A stretch of 49,321 bases of DNA from Candidatus Woesearchaeota archaeon (GTDB lineage: Archaea; Nanobdellota; Nanobdellia; SCGC-AAA011-G17; CAYHUI01). The notes beneath the pieces were generated by a model. That model had not been told where the DNA came from. It searched no databases and was given only the letters and a program-made list of their open reading frames with translations. The stretch covers positions 1-49,321 of the forward strand of contig CAYHUI010000004.1 of NCBI GenBank assembly GCA_964360175.1, read 5' to 3'. Shown here one piece after another: positions 1 to 7,942 of this stretch. Both the position numbers and the translations under genes were made by a program. Each line of letters begins with the position of its first letter. Positions within the stretch are counted from its first letter, which is position 1.

Positions 1-579
1 GCAGTTACTGAATTATTAAATCAAGGAATAAAAGTAGCTCAAATTGAAGACCTAGCTCAAATTGAAGACCTAGAATTTATTGTCAAAAATAATCCTGGAT
101 CTTTAAGAGGAACATACGAAGATTATCCTGCTATAATTCTAAAAAGTCAAGAAGATCCTTATAAGCCAAATAATGAATATTTAATAAAAAGACTTATTAA
201 TTCAATTGAAAGTAGAAAAGATGGAAAAAGGTTTATAAGGGAAATGAAGAATGGTAGTCCTTTACTTATTTTAAACCCATCTTTAGAAGAAGATAAAAAA
301 TCAGGATATGGTTTAAGATTTGAAATAGGAGAAAAAACACAACTTGTTGAGGCTCCTGACTTAAGATACGAAAATGATCGTAAAAGTTTTTTGAGTCTTG
401 GAACAGAAGGTAATGTTCAATTTGACGAAAATAGCAAAAGAAAATTATATATAAGAAAAGGTGGCCTTTCCAGGTTGTACTTGTACAGGGACTTGGGCTT
501 GTCCTCCAGCAGGAACTTCTTGGCGAACTCGGGTTCCGGCGGTCGGGTAGTTGTGGTAAGCGCCGAAGGCGCTTCGTAA
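1..579 (+). CDS. DGR variable (target) protein, 5'-truncated by the window edge; the C-terminus carries the variable repeat
   Basis: Frame 1 is open from base 1 to TAA 577-579, so the listed 244..579 ORF is only the tail of a longer gene. The last ~35 codons (KGGLSRLYLYRDLGLSSSRNFLANSGSGGRVVVV) are the GC-rich VR. VR/TR differences fall on codon positions 1-2 of this frame. Confidence 0.85.
   Translation, partial: AVTELLNQGIKVAQIEDLAQIEDLEFIVKNNPGSLRGTYEDYPAIILKSQEDPYKPNNEYLIKRLINSIESRKDGKRFIREMKNGSPLLILNPSLEEDKKSGYGLRFEIGEKTQLVEAPDLRYENDRKSFLSLGTEGNVQFDENSKRKLYIRKGGLSRLYLYRDLGLSSSRNFLANSGSGGRVVVVSAEGAS
37..72 (+). repeat. Perfect 2 x 18-bp in-frame tandem duplication (gctcaaattgaagaccta; AQIEDL AQIEDL)
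   Basis: Read directly: 37-54 is identical to 55-72. Confidence 0.9.
461..550 (+). repeat. DGR variable repeat (VR)
   Basis: GC-rich 90-nt block. It aligns to 847-954 (minus an 18-nt TR-only block) with 12 mismatches, all opposite adenines of the 847-954 copy. Confidence 0.9.
559..573 (+). promoter_or_regulatory. GC-rich hairpin just 3' of the VR (agcgcc-gaa-ggcgct); candidate DGR homing hairpin within an IMH-like region
   Basis: 6-bp perfect inverted repeat with a 3-nt loop, absent from the corresponding TR flank. The position matches the hairpin/cruciform known downstream of VRs in characterised DGRs. Confidence 0.6.
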
Positions 580-846
580 AATTTTGAAACTTACATTAAA
601 CAAATTAATAAAGAAAAAGAAAGATTCCAAAAAGCAATGGCTTTGTTAAAAAAATAAAAATTTTTAAATGAATTTTTCTAGTGTGTTTTGTCCTAGCCAT
701 AACTATATGGCTGGGCTACATGCCTATTAATAGTACACAAAACCTTTGTGTCATGAAATTCAACCACAACATTAAGTAACTTTATCAAAGAGAAGGTGAA
801 ATATGAAGTGGTGGTGATTATTTTGATTAATAGGCTAAATCTGTCC

Positions 847-954
847 GTGGCCTTTCCAGGTTGTACTTGAACAGGGACTTGGACTTGAACTCCAACAGGA
901 ACAACTTGGCGAACTCGAATTTACAATTAAACGAGACTTCCGACGGTCGAATAG
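847..954 (+). repeat. DGR template repeat (TR)
   Basis: Intergenic GC-rich copy of the VR ending 25 nt upstream of the RT start. It keeps AAC/AAT/GAC codons where the VR has substitutions, and contains an extra 18 nt (921-938). Confidence 0.9.
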
Positions 955-978
955 CTCAGTCAGCTAGGACTTCTTAAA

Positions 979-2052
979 ATGAAAACCTACAAAGACCTTT
1001 ACCCTTTAATTTATGATTTAAGAAACTTACTTCTTGCTTGGAGAAAAGCAAGAAAACATAAAACTGAAAAAGATTATGTTATTGAATTTGAGAAAAATTT
1101 AGAAATTAATTTAATTAAACTACATAAAGAACTAAAAAATTTAAATTATAAACCTAATAAATTAAAAACTTTTATTTTGCGAGACCCAAAAACACGCAAA
1201 ATAAGCAAATCTGACTTTAGAGACAGGGTTGTGCACCACGCTTTATACAATGTAATTGAGCTGATTTTTGATAAAACTTTTATTTATGACTCTTGTGCAA
1301 ACAGAAAAGGAAAAGGTAATTTGTTTGCATTAAAAAGATTTTATTTTTTTATGAGAAAAATTTCAAGAAATGGTTCAGTTTTAGCTAATGATTTTAAAAA
1401 TAGTAATTTTGTTAAAGGCTATTGTTTAAAAGCAGATATAAAACACTATTTTCAAGAAGTTAATCATGAGATTTTAATAAAAATTATCAAAAGAAAAATC
1501 AATGATGAGAAGCTTATATGGTTAATTAAAAAGATACTTAAAAATAATGTTTTAGGAAATGAAAAAGGCAAAGGTATGCCTTTAGGAAATTTGACTTCAC
1601 AATTCTTTGCTAATGTTTATTTAAATGAATTAGATTATTTTATAAAACATAAATTAAAAGCAAAATATTATGTAAGATATGTTGATGATTTTGTTTTGCT
1701 TCATAATTCAAAACAAAAACTTGAATTTTGGAAAGAACAGATTGATAATTTTTTAAAGAAAGAATTGAAAATTGAACTACATCAAGAAAAGTCAAGAATA
1801 ATTCCTCTTTTAAGAGGTGTTGATTTTGTAGGTTTTAAAAATTTTTATTACTTCAAGTTGCTGAGAAAAAGAAATATAAAGAAGATTTTGCTAAAGATAG
1901 AGCAGTATAAAAATAGAGATATGACTTATACTAAACTAACTGAAAGTTTTCAAGGCTGGCAAGCTTATGCTAAATGGGCTAATACTTATGAATTAAGAAA
2001 AAATATTTATAAAAGAATAATTTTACTTAATGATTTTTCCAAGCTTATCTAA
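979..2052 (+). CDS. DGR-type reverse transcriptase
   Basis: 357 aa with FRDRVVHHAL, PLGNLTSQFFANVYLNELD and YVRYVDDFVLL (YxDD) motifs. The N-terminal AWRKARKHKTEKDYVIEFE is typical of DGR RTs. It lies directly downstream of the TR. Confidence 0.9.
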   Translation: MKTYKDLYPLIYDLRNLLLAWRKARKHKTEKDYVIEFEKNLEINLIKLHKELKNLNYKPNKLKTFILRDPKTRKISKSDFRDRVVHHALYNVIELIFDKTFIYDSCANRKGKGNLFALKRFYFFMRKISRNGSVLANDFKNSNFVKGYCLKADIKHYFQEVNHEILIKIIKRKINDEKLIWLIKKILKNNVLGNEKGKGMPLGNLTSQFFANVYLNELDYFIKHKLKAKYYVRYVDDFVLLHNSKQKLEFWKEQIDNFLKKELKIELHQEKSRIIPLLRGVDFVGFKNFYYFKLLRKRNIKKILLKIEQYKNRDMTYTKLTESFQGWQAYAKWANTYELRKNIYKRIILLNDFSKLI

Positions 2053-3507
2053 TTTCTCTCCTTCTAAGAATTTATTTAGAGTTTCAGGCAAATCTTTAAT
2101 TTTAACTCTAATTTGCTTCATTGTATCTCTATCTCTTAAAGTACAGTCATTTTTATTTAAACTTTCAAAATCTACTGTTAGCATAGCTTTAATCCCTATT
2201 TCATCAGCTCTTCTGTACATTTTACCAATAGAACCTTTGCTATCATAAAAAATTCTAAATTTATTTTTTAAAACATTATAAACTTCTTTTGTTTTTTTAA
2301 CAATTTTTTCTTCATTAGAAACCAAAGGGAATATTGCTATATCAAAAGGAGCTATGTTGGCAGGAAATTTAAATAAACTTCTTTCTTTATCTTCATCATA
2401 AAATATATCTAGTAATGAATATATATTTCTATCAACACCAAAACTCAACTCCAAAACATTTAATAAAATTTTTTTGTTGTCAATGCTAACTTCTAAATTT
2501 TCTCCGGATCCTTTCTGATGAACTTCTAGATCATAAAAACCTCTATGATGTAAACCAGCTACTTCTTTAAAACCATTTAAAGTTTCTAAATAAAGTTCAA
2601 CATCAAAATGTATTTTTGTATAAAAAGATCTTTCTTCTTTGGATAGTTCTCTGAATCTAAACTTATCTTCTTGTATTTTTAATGTATCTAAATAAAATTG
2701 TTGAATTTTTGCTAAGTGGTATAAATAAATTTTAGGCAATTTTAATTTTTTATAAGCATCTTCTACTTTAATCTCATTTAATTTTTTATTTAGATATAAT
2801 CTTAATTTATAATTTTTAACTTCGCTGAAATCAAAATCATCTTCTGGATTAAAGAAAATCTGAAGTTCTGCTTGTGTAAATTCCCTCAATCTAAAAAATC
2901 CTTTTCTTGGAGAAATTTCATTCCTAAAAGCTTTTCCTATCATAGCTAATCCCATAGGAATTTTTTCTCTTAAAGCTGAAAATTCTCTTTTAAAAGATAA
3001 ATAAGGATTTTGTGCGCTTTCAGGAGTTAAATAAGCTATATCTTCTCCAAAAACACCTAATTTTAATTCAAACATCATATTAAACCATTTTACTTTATCT
3101 AAATCAGAATTACACTTTGGACATTTTAGTTTTTTATCTTTAATTATTTTATCTAATTCTTTTTCATTTAAACCTTCTGCATTGATTTTAAGTTCGTCTT
3201 CGATTAATTCATCTGCCCTAAATCTAAAATGACATTTTTTACATTCGGTTAGAGGATCTTTGAACTTATCTAAATGACCAGAACTTTCAAAAACTTTTTT
3301 AGGTAAAATTGCATTCCCAGAAATTTCAAAATAATTTTCATTTAATCCTAAAAAATAGCACTTCCATAGATTTTCAAATTTATTTTTCATTAAACTACCT
3401 AAATGTCCATAAGTCCAAAATCCAGCAGGCCCGTTGTATATTTCAGCTGTTGGAAAGAAAAATCCTCTTTTTGTAGCTATGTTTAATATTTTTTCAGCTT
3501 TATCCAT
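2023..3507 (-). CDS. glyS: Glycyl-tRNA synthetase (archaeal/eukaryotic dimeric type)
   Basis: N-terminal KRGFFFPTAEIYNGPAGFWTYGHLG and FRNEISPRKGFFRLREFTQAE class II motifs. The 3' end overlaps the RT ORF convergently by 30 nt. Confidence 0.9.
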   Translation of the reverse strand: MDKAEKILNIATKRGFFFPTAEIYNGPAGFWTYGHLGSLMKNKFENLWKCYFLGLNENYFEISGNAILPKKVFESSGHLDKFKDPLTECKKCHFRFRADELIEDELKINAEGLNEKELDKIIKDKKLKCPKCNSDLDKVKWFNMMFELKLGVFGEDIAYLTPESAQNPYLSFKREFSALREKIPMGLAMIGKAFRNEISPRKGFFRLREFTQAELQIFFNPEDDFDFSEVKNYKLRLYLNKKLNEIKVEDAYKKLKLPKIYLYHLAKIQQFYLDTLKIQEDKFRFRELSKEERSFYTKIHFDVELYLETLNGFKEVAGLHHRGFYDLEVHQKGSGENLEVSIDNKKILLNVLELSFGVDRNIYSLLDIFYDEDKERSLFKFPANIAPFDIAIFPLVSNEEKIVKKTKEVYNVLKNKFRIFYDSKGSIGKMYRRADEIGIKAMLTVDFESLNKNDCTLRDRDTMKQIRVKIKDLPETLNKFLEGEKLDKLGKIIK

Positions 3508-3535
3508 ATATTAATTTAAATTTACTTTGTTTATA

Positions 3536-4318
3536 TTATTTTTGATTTGTTCTTGTTAAATCTCTTAGTAAATAATATCCTGGTATTAGTGGACTTTCTG
3601 GAATAATTCTTTTTGGAGTTTCAACTGCCCAAATTGTTCCCCCAACTTCCGGTTTTTTTATATGATATCTCCAAGTACTATCCCAAGTATCAACCACTGG
3701 TTTAAATTTGTAACGTCCCCAAACTTTATTTGGATTTCTTAAAACACTATGACGATGATTACAAATTACAATTGCGTGTGTAATAATCTCTTGTTCTTGC
3801 GACTTGCTTAAAAATTTATTAATAATACTATTACCTATACCTATTCTTTGATATTTTTCTGCAACTGCAAAACCAACAATATTTTGAGATTGTCCCTCTT
3901 CTCTATATAATTCTTTTGGATTATGATCCCAAGGTGGAAAACTTTTATTATAACCAAGTTCTAGTTTGTTTGGATCTTTATAACCAGATACTACTCCTAC
4001 TATTAAAGCACGGTAATCTACCGGATATGCTCCTATATATCCTCCAACTTCTCCTTCTTTGTTAATAGCAACAACTAAAACTGATTCAGGTAAATCATTA
4101 GGGTTTAACAAATGATAACTTTGAAATCCAACATACTCATAATATTTAGCACCGACAGGTTTCTCAGTTCCTTTCTCTGGTCTTTCCTTCCAAGTTTTAT
4201 CATCTAATCCTTGAACTCGTCTAAGTATTTCTTGAATCTCTTCTGGAGATTTTGATTTATATCTTACTAAATCTTCTATGGTTGTTATTTCAAAATCATC
4301 ATGTGTATGTTCAGTCAT
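3536..4318 (-). CDS. GNAT-like acetyltransferase domain protein
   Basis: VAEKYQRIGIGNSIINKF resembles the GNAT acetyl-CoA binding Q/RxxGxG/A motif. The remainder is not recognised. Confidence 0.45.
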   Translation of the reverse strand: MTEHTHDDFEITTIEDLVRYKSKSPEEIQEILRRVQGLDDKTWKERPEKGTEKPVGAKYYEYVGFQSYHLLNPNDLPESVLVVAINKEGEVGGYIGAYPVDYRALIVGVVSGYKDPNKLELGYNKSFPPWDHNPKELYREEGQSQNIVGFAVAEKYQRIGIGNSIINKFLSKSQEQEIITHAIVICNHRHSVLRNPNKVWGRYKFKPVVDTWDSTWRYHIKKPEVGGTIWAVETPKRIIPESPLIPGYYLLRDLTRTNQK

Positions 4319-4383
4319 ATATTTAACCCCTATAATACAACATATCCTAAAAATTTATAAACTTTATTATTAAATTTTTTATT

Positions 4384-5364
4384 ATGTATGATCTAGAAGA
4401 AACTAAATTAATAGAAGAAATTAAAAAAAGGAATGCAAATAAAATATTATTGCAGTTACCAGAAGGTTTAAAGAAAGAAGCATCTAGATTAATTAATTTA
4501 ATAGAAACTAAAACTGATGCAGAAGTTATCGTATCTGGAGAGCATTGCTGGGGAGCTTGTGATGTTGCAATAAATGAAGCTAAATCTCTTAATGCGGATT
4601 TAATAATTTTATACGGACATGCACCTTTTATGAAAGTTGATTTTCCAATTTTATATTTAGAAACTAGGTTTAAAGGAAAGATTAATGGTTTAATGGAAAA
4701 AACTTTACCTTTGCTAAAAAATTTTAAAAATATTGGGATAGCTTCTTCAGTACAACATTTAGATCAACTTAAAAAAGTTAAAGAAATTTTAGAAAAAAAC
4801 AATAAAAATGTTTTTATTCCTGATGCAAAAGGACATGCTTTTTATGACGGCCAAGTTTTGGGTTGTGAATATAATGGTTTAAAAAAAATTAATGCTGATG
4901 CTTTTTTAGTAATAGCTAATAAATTTCATGCATTGGGTGCAGCTTTAGCTGTTAAACAACCAGTTTTTTTACTAGATCCTTATAATAAAAAAATAGAATC
5001 TATGCAAGATTTAAGAAATAAAATAATAAAACAAAGAGCAATTGCAATTGAAAGAGTTAAAAATGCAAATAAAATTGGATTAATTATAGGATTAAAACAC
5101 GGACAAAAGTTCGGTTCTGAAAAACTTTTAAAAGAAAAATTTAAGAAACTTGGAAAAGAAGTTATAACTTTAAGCATCGCTGAAATTACCAATGATAAAT
5201 TATTAAATTTTTATGATGTTGAAGCTTTTGTTGAAATAGCTTGTCCAAGAATTGCTATCGAAGATGTAGCTAAATTTGAAAAACCCATTATAACTTTTAA
5301 GGAAGCTTTAGTTGTTTTAAATGAACTTACATGGGATGAATTATTAGACCAAGGTTTGTTATAA
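4384..5364 (+). CDS. dph2: Diphthamide biosynthesis protein Dph2 (2-(3-amino-3-carboxypropyl)histidine synthase)
   Basis: LLQLPEGLK ... GEHCWGACDV ... LYGHAP pattern and ~330-aa length typical of archaeal Dph2. Confidence 0.8.
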   Translation: MYDLEETKLIEEIKKRNANKILLQLPEGLKKEASRLINLIETKTDAEVIVSGEHCWGACDVAINEAKSLNADLIILYGHAPFMKVDFPILYLETRFKGKINGLMEKTLPLLKNFKNIGIASSVQHLDQLKKVKEILEKNNKNVFIPDAKGHAFYDGQVLGCEYNGLKKINADAFLVIANKFHALGAALAVKQPVFLLDPYNKKIESMQDLRNKIIKQRAIAIERVKNANKIGLIIGLKHGQKFGSEKLLKEKFKKLGKEVITLSIAEITNDKLLNFYDVEAFVEIACPRIAIEDVAKFEKPIITFKEALVVLNELTWDELLDQGLL

Positions 5365-5444
5365 ATAATGTATACTACCAGCACTATTTTGATATAACAT
5401 AAAAGAGCATTTAGATAAATTTAGAAAAATAGCAGAAGATATCT

Positions 5445-5580
5445 CTAAGCAAGTCTCTTAAATTGACCTTTTTTTAGATCTTGTAAACTGCTAGCAAATT
5501 GTCTAATTAAATCAAAATCAAGTTCTTCTAATCTCTTTAACTTTTCATATTCAACCTTTGTAATCGTTACTGTTTCCATA
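5445..5580 (-). pseudogene. Frameshifted remnant of a small antitoxin-like gene
   Basis: METVTITKVEYEKLKRLEEL then TGA. Shifting one base continues DFDLIRQFASSLQDLKKGQFKRLA*. The joined 45-aa product resembles short archaeal type II antitoxins. No toxin partner is adjacent. Confidence 0.3.
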
Positions 5581-5632
5581 ATAATATTATATTATTTATC
5601 TTTATATAATTTACTATTTCTTAATTTATTTT

Positions 5633-6151
5633 TTATTTCAACTTTTCAACTTTAACTTTATCGCTAATAATAGCAGAATTTCCAGATTTATCTTCTATTA
5701 TAACTTTTATTGGAATCTCGCCTAATTTAACTTTCCAAATTTTCTTCAACAGATTTTTGGCTTTTTTCTTTATATCATCCTCTTCTGCTTCGTCTCTTTC
5801 TCCCTCTATTATTTTTTTAAATCTGTCTAAAACTCCTTCAACATTGCTAATATAACCATCAGATGCTGGTCCAGATTCTACACTTACCCTTAATTCAGGT
5901 ATTTTAATAGAAGCATTAGAAGATTTAACAATTTTAATATTCATGTCTTTTTCGCTATCTATCATAATAGTCAATCTACAAGGTTCTTTTTGTTCAGCAG
6001 ATTCGACATCTGATTGATGATATTTGCAATCCTCACAAATCATAGAAAATAAATAAGTTTTCCCAAAATGAGGTACATCAACTTCTTCTTCTGTCAAAGT
6101 TAAAGTATTTTTTCTGCATATAGGGCAGGGTTGGTTTTTTAATTTATCCAT
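5633..6151 (-). CDS. ZPR1-type zinc finger protein
   Basis: CPICRK...CEDCKY C4 finger followed by a ZPR1-like beta-rich domain of ~170 aa, as in archaeal ZPR1 homologs. Confidence 0.7.
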   Translation of the reverse strand: MDKLKNQPCPICRKNTLTLTEEEVDVPHFGKTYLFSMICEDCKYHQSDVESAEQKEPCRLTIMIDSEKDMNIKIVKSSNASIKIPELRVSVESGPASDGYISNVEGVLDRFKKIIEGERDEAEEDDIKKKAKNLLKKIWKVKLGEIPIKVIIEDKSGNSAIISDKVKVEKLK

Positions 6152-6224
6152 GATAATTAAGAATTAAAATAAGTTTAAAAAATTTATCTTTTTCCTTGTT
6201 CAGGCTTTCTTTCTAAGAATATCA

Positions 6225-6620
6225 TTAATCTTCCTTAACTTCTTCTGTTTGCGAGCTTCTATAAATTTGAGCAAAAGTTGGGGTTACAACAATCCAGTCT
6301 TCTCCAAAACCAGCTATATCCCCTTCAATAGCATCACATGTTTTCTTAAGTTTATTAACTACTCTTTTTAATTCAACCATATCCCTATCTTTTATAGGCT
6401 TAATATTTATAAGTGCAATAGTATAACCCTCCCTTAAGCTGTCCAAAATTCCCCTAATATCATCAAAATTTTCCACAACAAAAGGCCTTACAAAAATTTT
6501 CGCTTTGTTCTTAATATCACTTTTTGTATCTATCTCTAAATAATCATCTTCAAATTCTTCAGGATAATCCTCTCGAGAACCACCAAATGTTTTACCAATT
6601 TGCTTTAAAATTTTCCTCAT
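6225..6620 (-). CDS. sepF: Cell division protein SepF
   Basis: SepF/DUF552 core: IFVRPFVVENFDDIRGILDSLREGYTIALINI ... GDIAGFGEDWIVVTP. Confidence 0.8.
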   Translation of the reverse strand: MRKILKQIGKTFGGSREDYPEEFEDDYLEIDTKSDIKNKAKIFVRPFVVENFDDIRGILDSLREGYTIALINIKPIKDRDMVELKRVVNKLKKTCDAIEGDIAGFGEDWIVVTPTFAQIYRSSQTEEVKED

Positions 6621-6672
6621 TTTTAATTTTTACCTTATTATTCTTAAATAATAAACAAATATATAAACATTT

Positions 6673-6936
6673 CTATTCTATACTTTCTAGCATACTTACT
6701 ACATTCCAAATCTGTGTTCTGGTGTAAATAGGCATATTAGGATCGTCTGAAATTTCATCTAACTCTTGTAAAGATTTATCAATCCTTACTGCTAAACTCT
6801 TTGTAGCATCTTGTAAAGCAACATAAGCATACTTGACCTTACTTCTAACGTTTTTAGGAACAGTATAATCATTTTCAATTTGCGATAGAAGTTCTATAAC
6901 TTCTTTTACAGAATCTTTAGTTTCAACTTGATTCAT
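6673..6936 (-). CDS. UPF0147 family archaeal protein
   Basis: 87 aa; the VPKNVRSKV ... ISDDPNMPIYTRTQIWNVVSMLE pattern is typical of UPF0147. Confidence 0.7.
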   Translation of the reverse strand: MNQVETKDSVKEVIELLSQIENDYTVPKNVRSKVKYAYVALQDATKSLAVRIDKSLQELDEISDDPNMPIYTRTQIWNVVSMLESIE

Positions 6937-7270
6937 TTTTTTTAAGTTCTTTCATAACTTCTGTTTGAAGTTCATTAGATCTCTCTTTTAATTTTTGTTC
7001 TTGCTTATCAATATTTTTTATTCTTAAGTTAATTATTTCTCTTTTTGAATTTAAATCTTTTTCTAATTTATCTTTATCTGTTAGTATCATTATATTACCA
7101 ATAATTTTATAAGGTTTTTCTTTCAAATTTTTTAATTCACTTAAAGCATTCTCTAATTCTAAAAGTTGCGAGTGAAAAGTTTGTTTTTGCAGTAAAAAAT
7201 TTTGTAAATTTTGTTCTATCAATTGTAAATGAGCTATTTTTTCTTCAACTTCTTTATTGATTTTTTCCAT
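6923..7270 (-). CDS. pfdB: Prefoldin beta subunit
   Basis: 115-aa coiled-coil / beta hairpin / coiled-coil layout (LQLIEQNLQ ... YKIIGNIMILTDKDKL ...), located in the conserved archaeal neighbourhood. Confidence 0.8.
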   Translation of the reverse strand: MEKINKEVEEKIAHLQLIEQNLQNFLLQKQTFHSQLLELENALSELKNLKEKPYKIIGNIMILTDKDKLEKDLNSKREIINLRIKNIDKQEQKLKERSNELQTEVMKELKKNESS

Positions 7271-7307
7271 TTTTATTTAATTTGTTTTAAGCTTTTTTAA
7301 AATGTTA

Positions 7308-7445
7308 TTAGACAGCTTTAACTTTTATATTAACAACTCTTGGTTTAAATAAAATTTTACTTCCACAATAAGGGCATCGAATTCTTTTTCTAAGATCTTC
7401 GTATTTAATAATTTTGTCACAATTAAAACATTTATAAGTTACCAT
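7308..7445 (-). CDS. rpoP: DNA-directed RNA polymerase subunit P (Rpo12)
   Basis: Not in the ORF track (45 aa): MVTYKCFNCDKIIKYEDLRKRIRCPYCGSKILFKPRVVNIKVKAV. It has a CxxC...CxxC zinc ribbon and the usual position next to rpl37ae. Confidence 0.8.
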   Translation of the reverse strand: MVTYKCFNCDKIIKYEDLRKRIRCPYCGSKILFKPRVVNIKVKAV

Positions 7446-7478
7446 TTTTTTATTTTTGATTAAACTTTTTCTAAAAGT

Positions 7479-7694
7479 TCATTTAAAACTATAAGCTTTT
7501 CCAGCAAATTTTAAATCACATTTATTGCATTGCCAAATTCCAACTGAAACTCTTTTTACTTTTATTTTATGACAATTAGGACATTTATAAAATGCTTTTT
7601 GTTTATTTTCTATTTCTAATAATCTTTGTCTAACTTTTAGCCCGTATCTTACCCCAAATCTACCAGTACTACCAACTTTTTTTGTTTTTGACAT
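7479..7694 (-). CDS. rpl37ae: Ribosomal protein L37Ae (eL43)
   Basis: MSKTKKVGSTGRFGVRYG...CPNCHK...CNKCD zinc ribbon. The start is trimmed to the internal ATG because the upstream part of the 107-aa ORF overlaps a tRNA. Confidence 0.9.
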   Translation of the reverse strand: MSKTKKVGSTGRFGVRYGLKVRQRLLEIENKQKAFYKCPNCHKIKVKRVSVGIWQCNKCDLKFAGKAYSFK

Positions 7695-7739
7695 TTTTAT
7701 ATAACATATTGTTATTTTAAAAAGTTTTTGATTGTAAAA

Positions 7740-7837
7740 TGGGGTTGCCCGGATTTGAATTCCCCCATGTTTTTTATCATGTCCGGGGCTTTCGGCTCCC
7801 AAAGCCGAGAGACTAAACCAGGCTATCTTACAACCCC
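7740..7837 (-). tRNA. tRNA-Pro (UGG) with a 23-nt intron between positions 53 and 54 (intron = 7760..7782)
   Basis: Hand-folded cloverleaf:
- acceptor GGGGTTG/CAACCCC;
- D stem AGAT/GTCT with A14, G18, G19 and A21;
- anticodon stem TCGGC/GCCGA, loop TTTGGGA (U33, UGG, G37);
- G15-C48;
- T stem CCCGG/CCGGG, interrupted after G53 by ACATGATAAAAAACATGGGGGAA before the TTCAAAT loop.
The mature length is 75 nt. No CCA is encoded. Confidence 0.8.
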
Positions 7838-7942
7838 AATTTGTTTTTAGAAATCAATTATTTATAAATTTATGGTTACTTAATTTTTTAAAGAAATCAT
7901 CGATAATTCTAAGTGCTTCATCTAAACTTTTATAACTAATTT

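Larger units (their letters stand above)
461..2052 (+). mobile_element. Diversity-generating retroelement cassette (VR - 296-nt spacer - TR - RT)
   Basis: Combination of VR, TR with an A-only mismatch pattern, and the adjacent RT. Confidence 0.88.

Noticed and set aside
445-630. 61-aa minus-strand ORF across the VR
   Set aside because: The VR/TR substitutions are phased to codon positions 1-2 of the + strand frame, which is open from the window edge. The minus ORF is a by-product of the stop-poor GC-rich VR.
7695-7802. N-terminal 36 codons of the listed 107-aa ORF (MGAESPGHDKKHGG...) upstream of rpl37ae
   Set aside because: This stretch is the antisense reading of a well-formed tRNA-Pro gene. 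The L37Ae homology begins at the internal MSKTKK, and the GC-rich composition there is explained by the tRNA.
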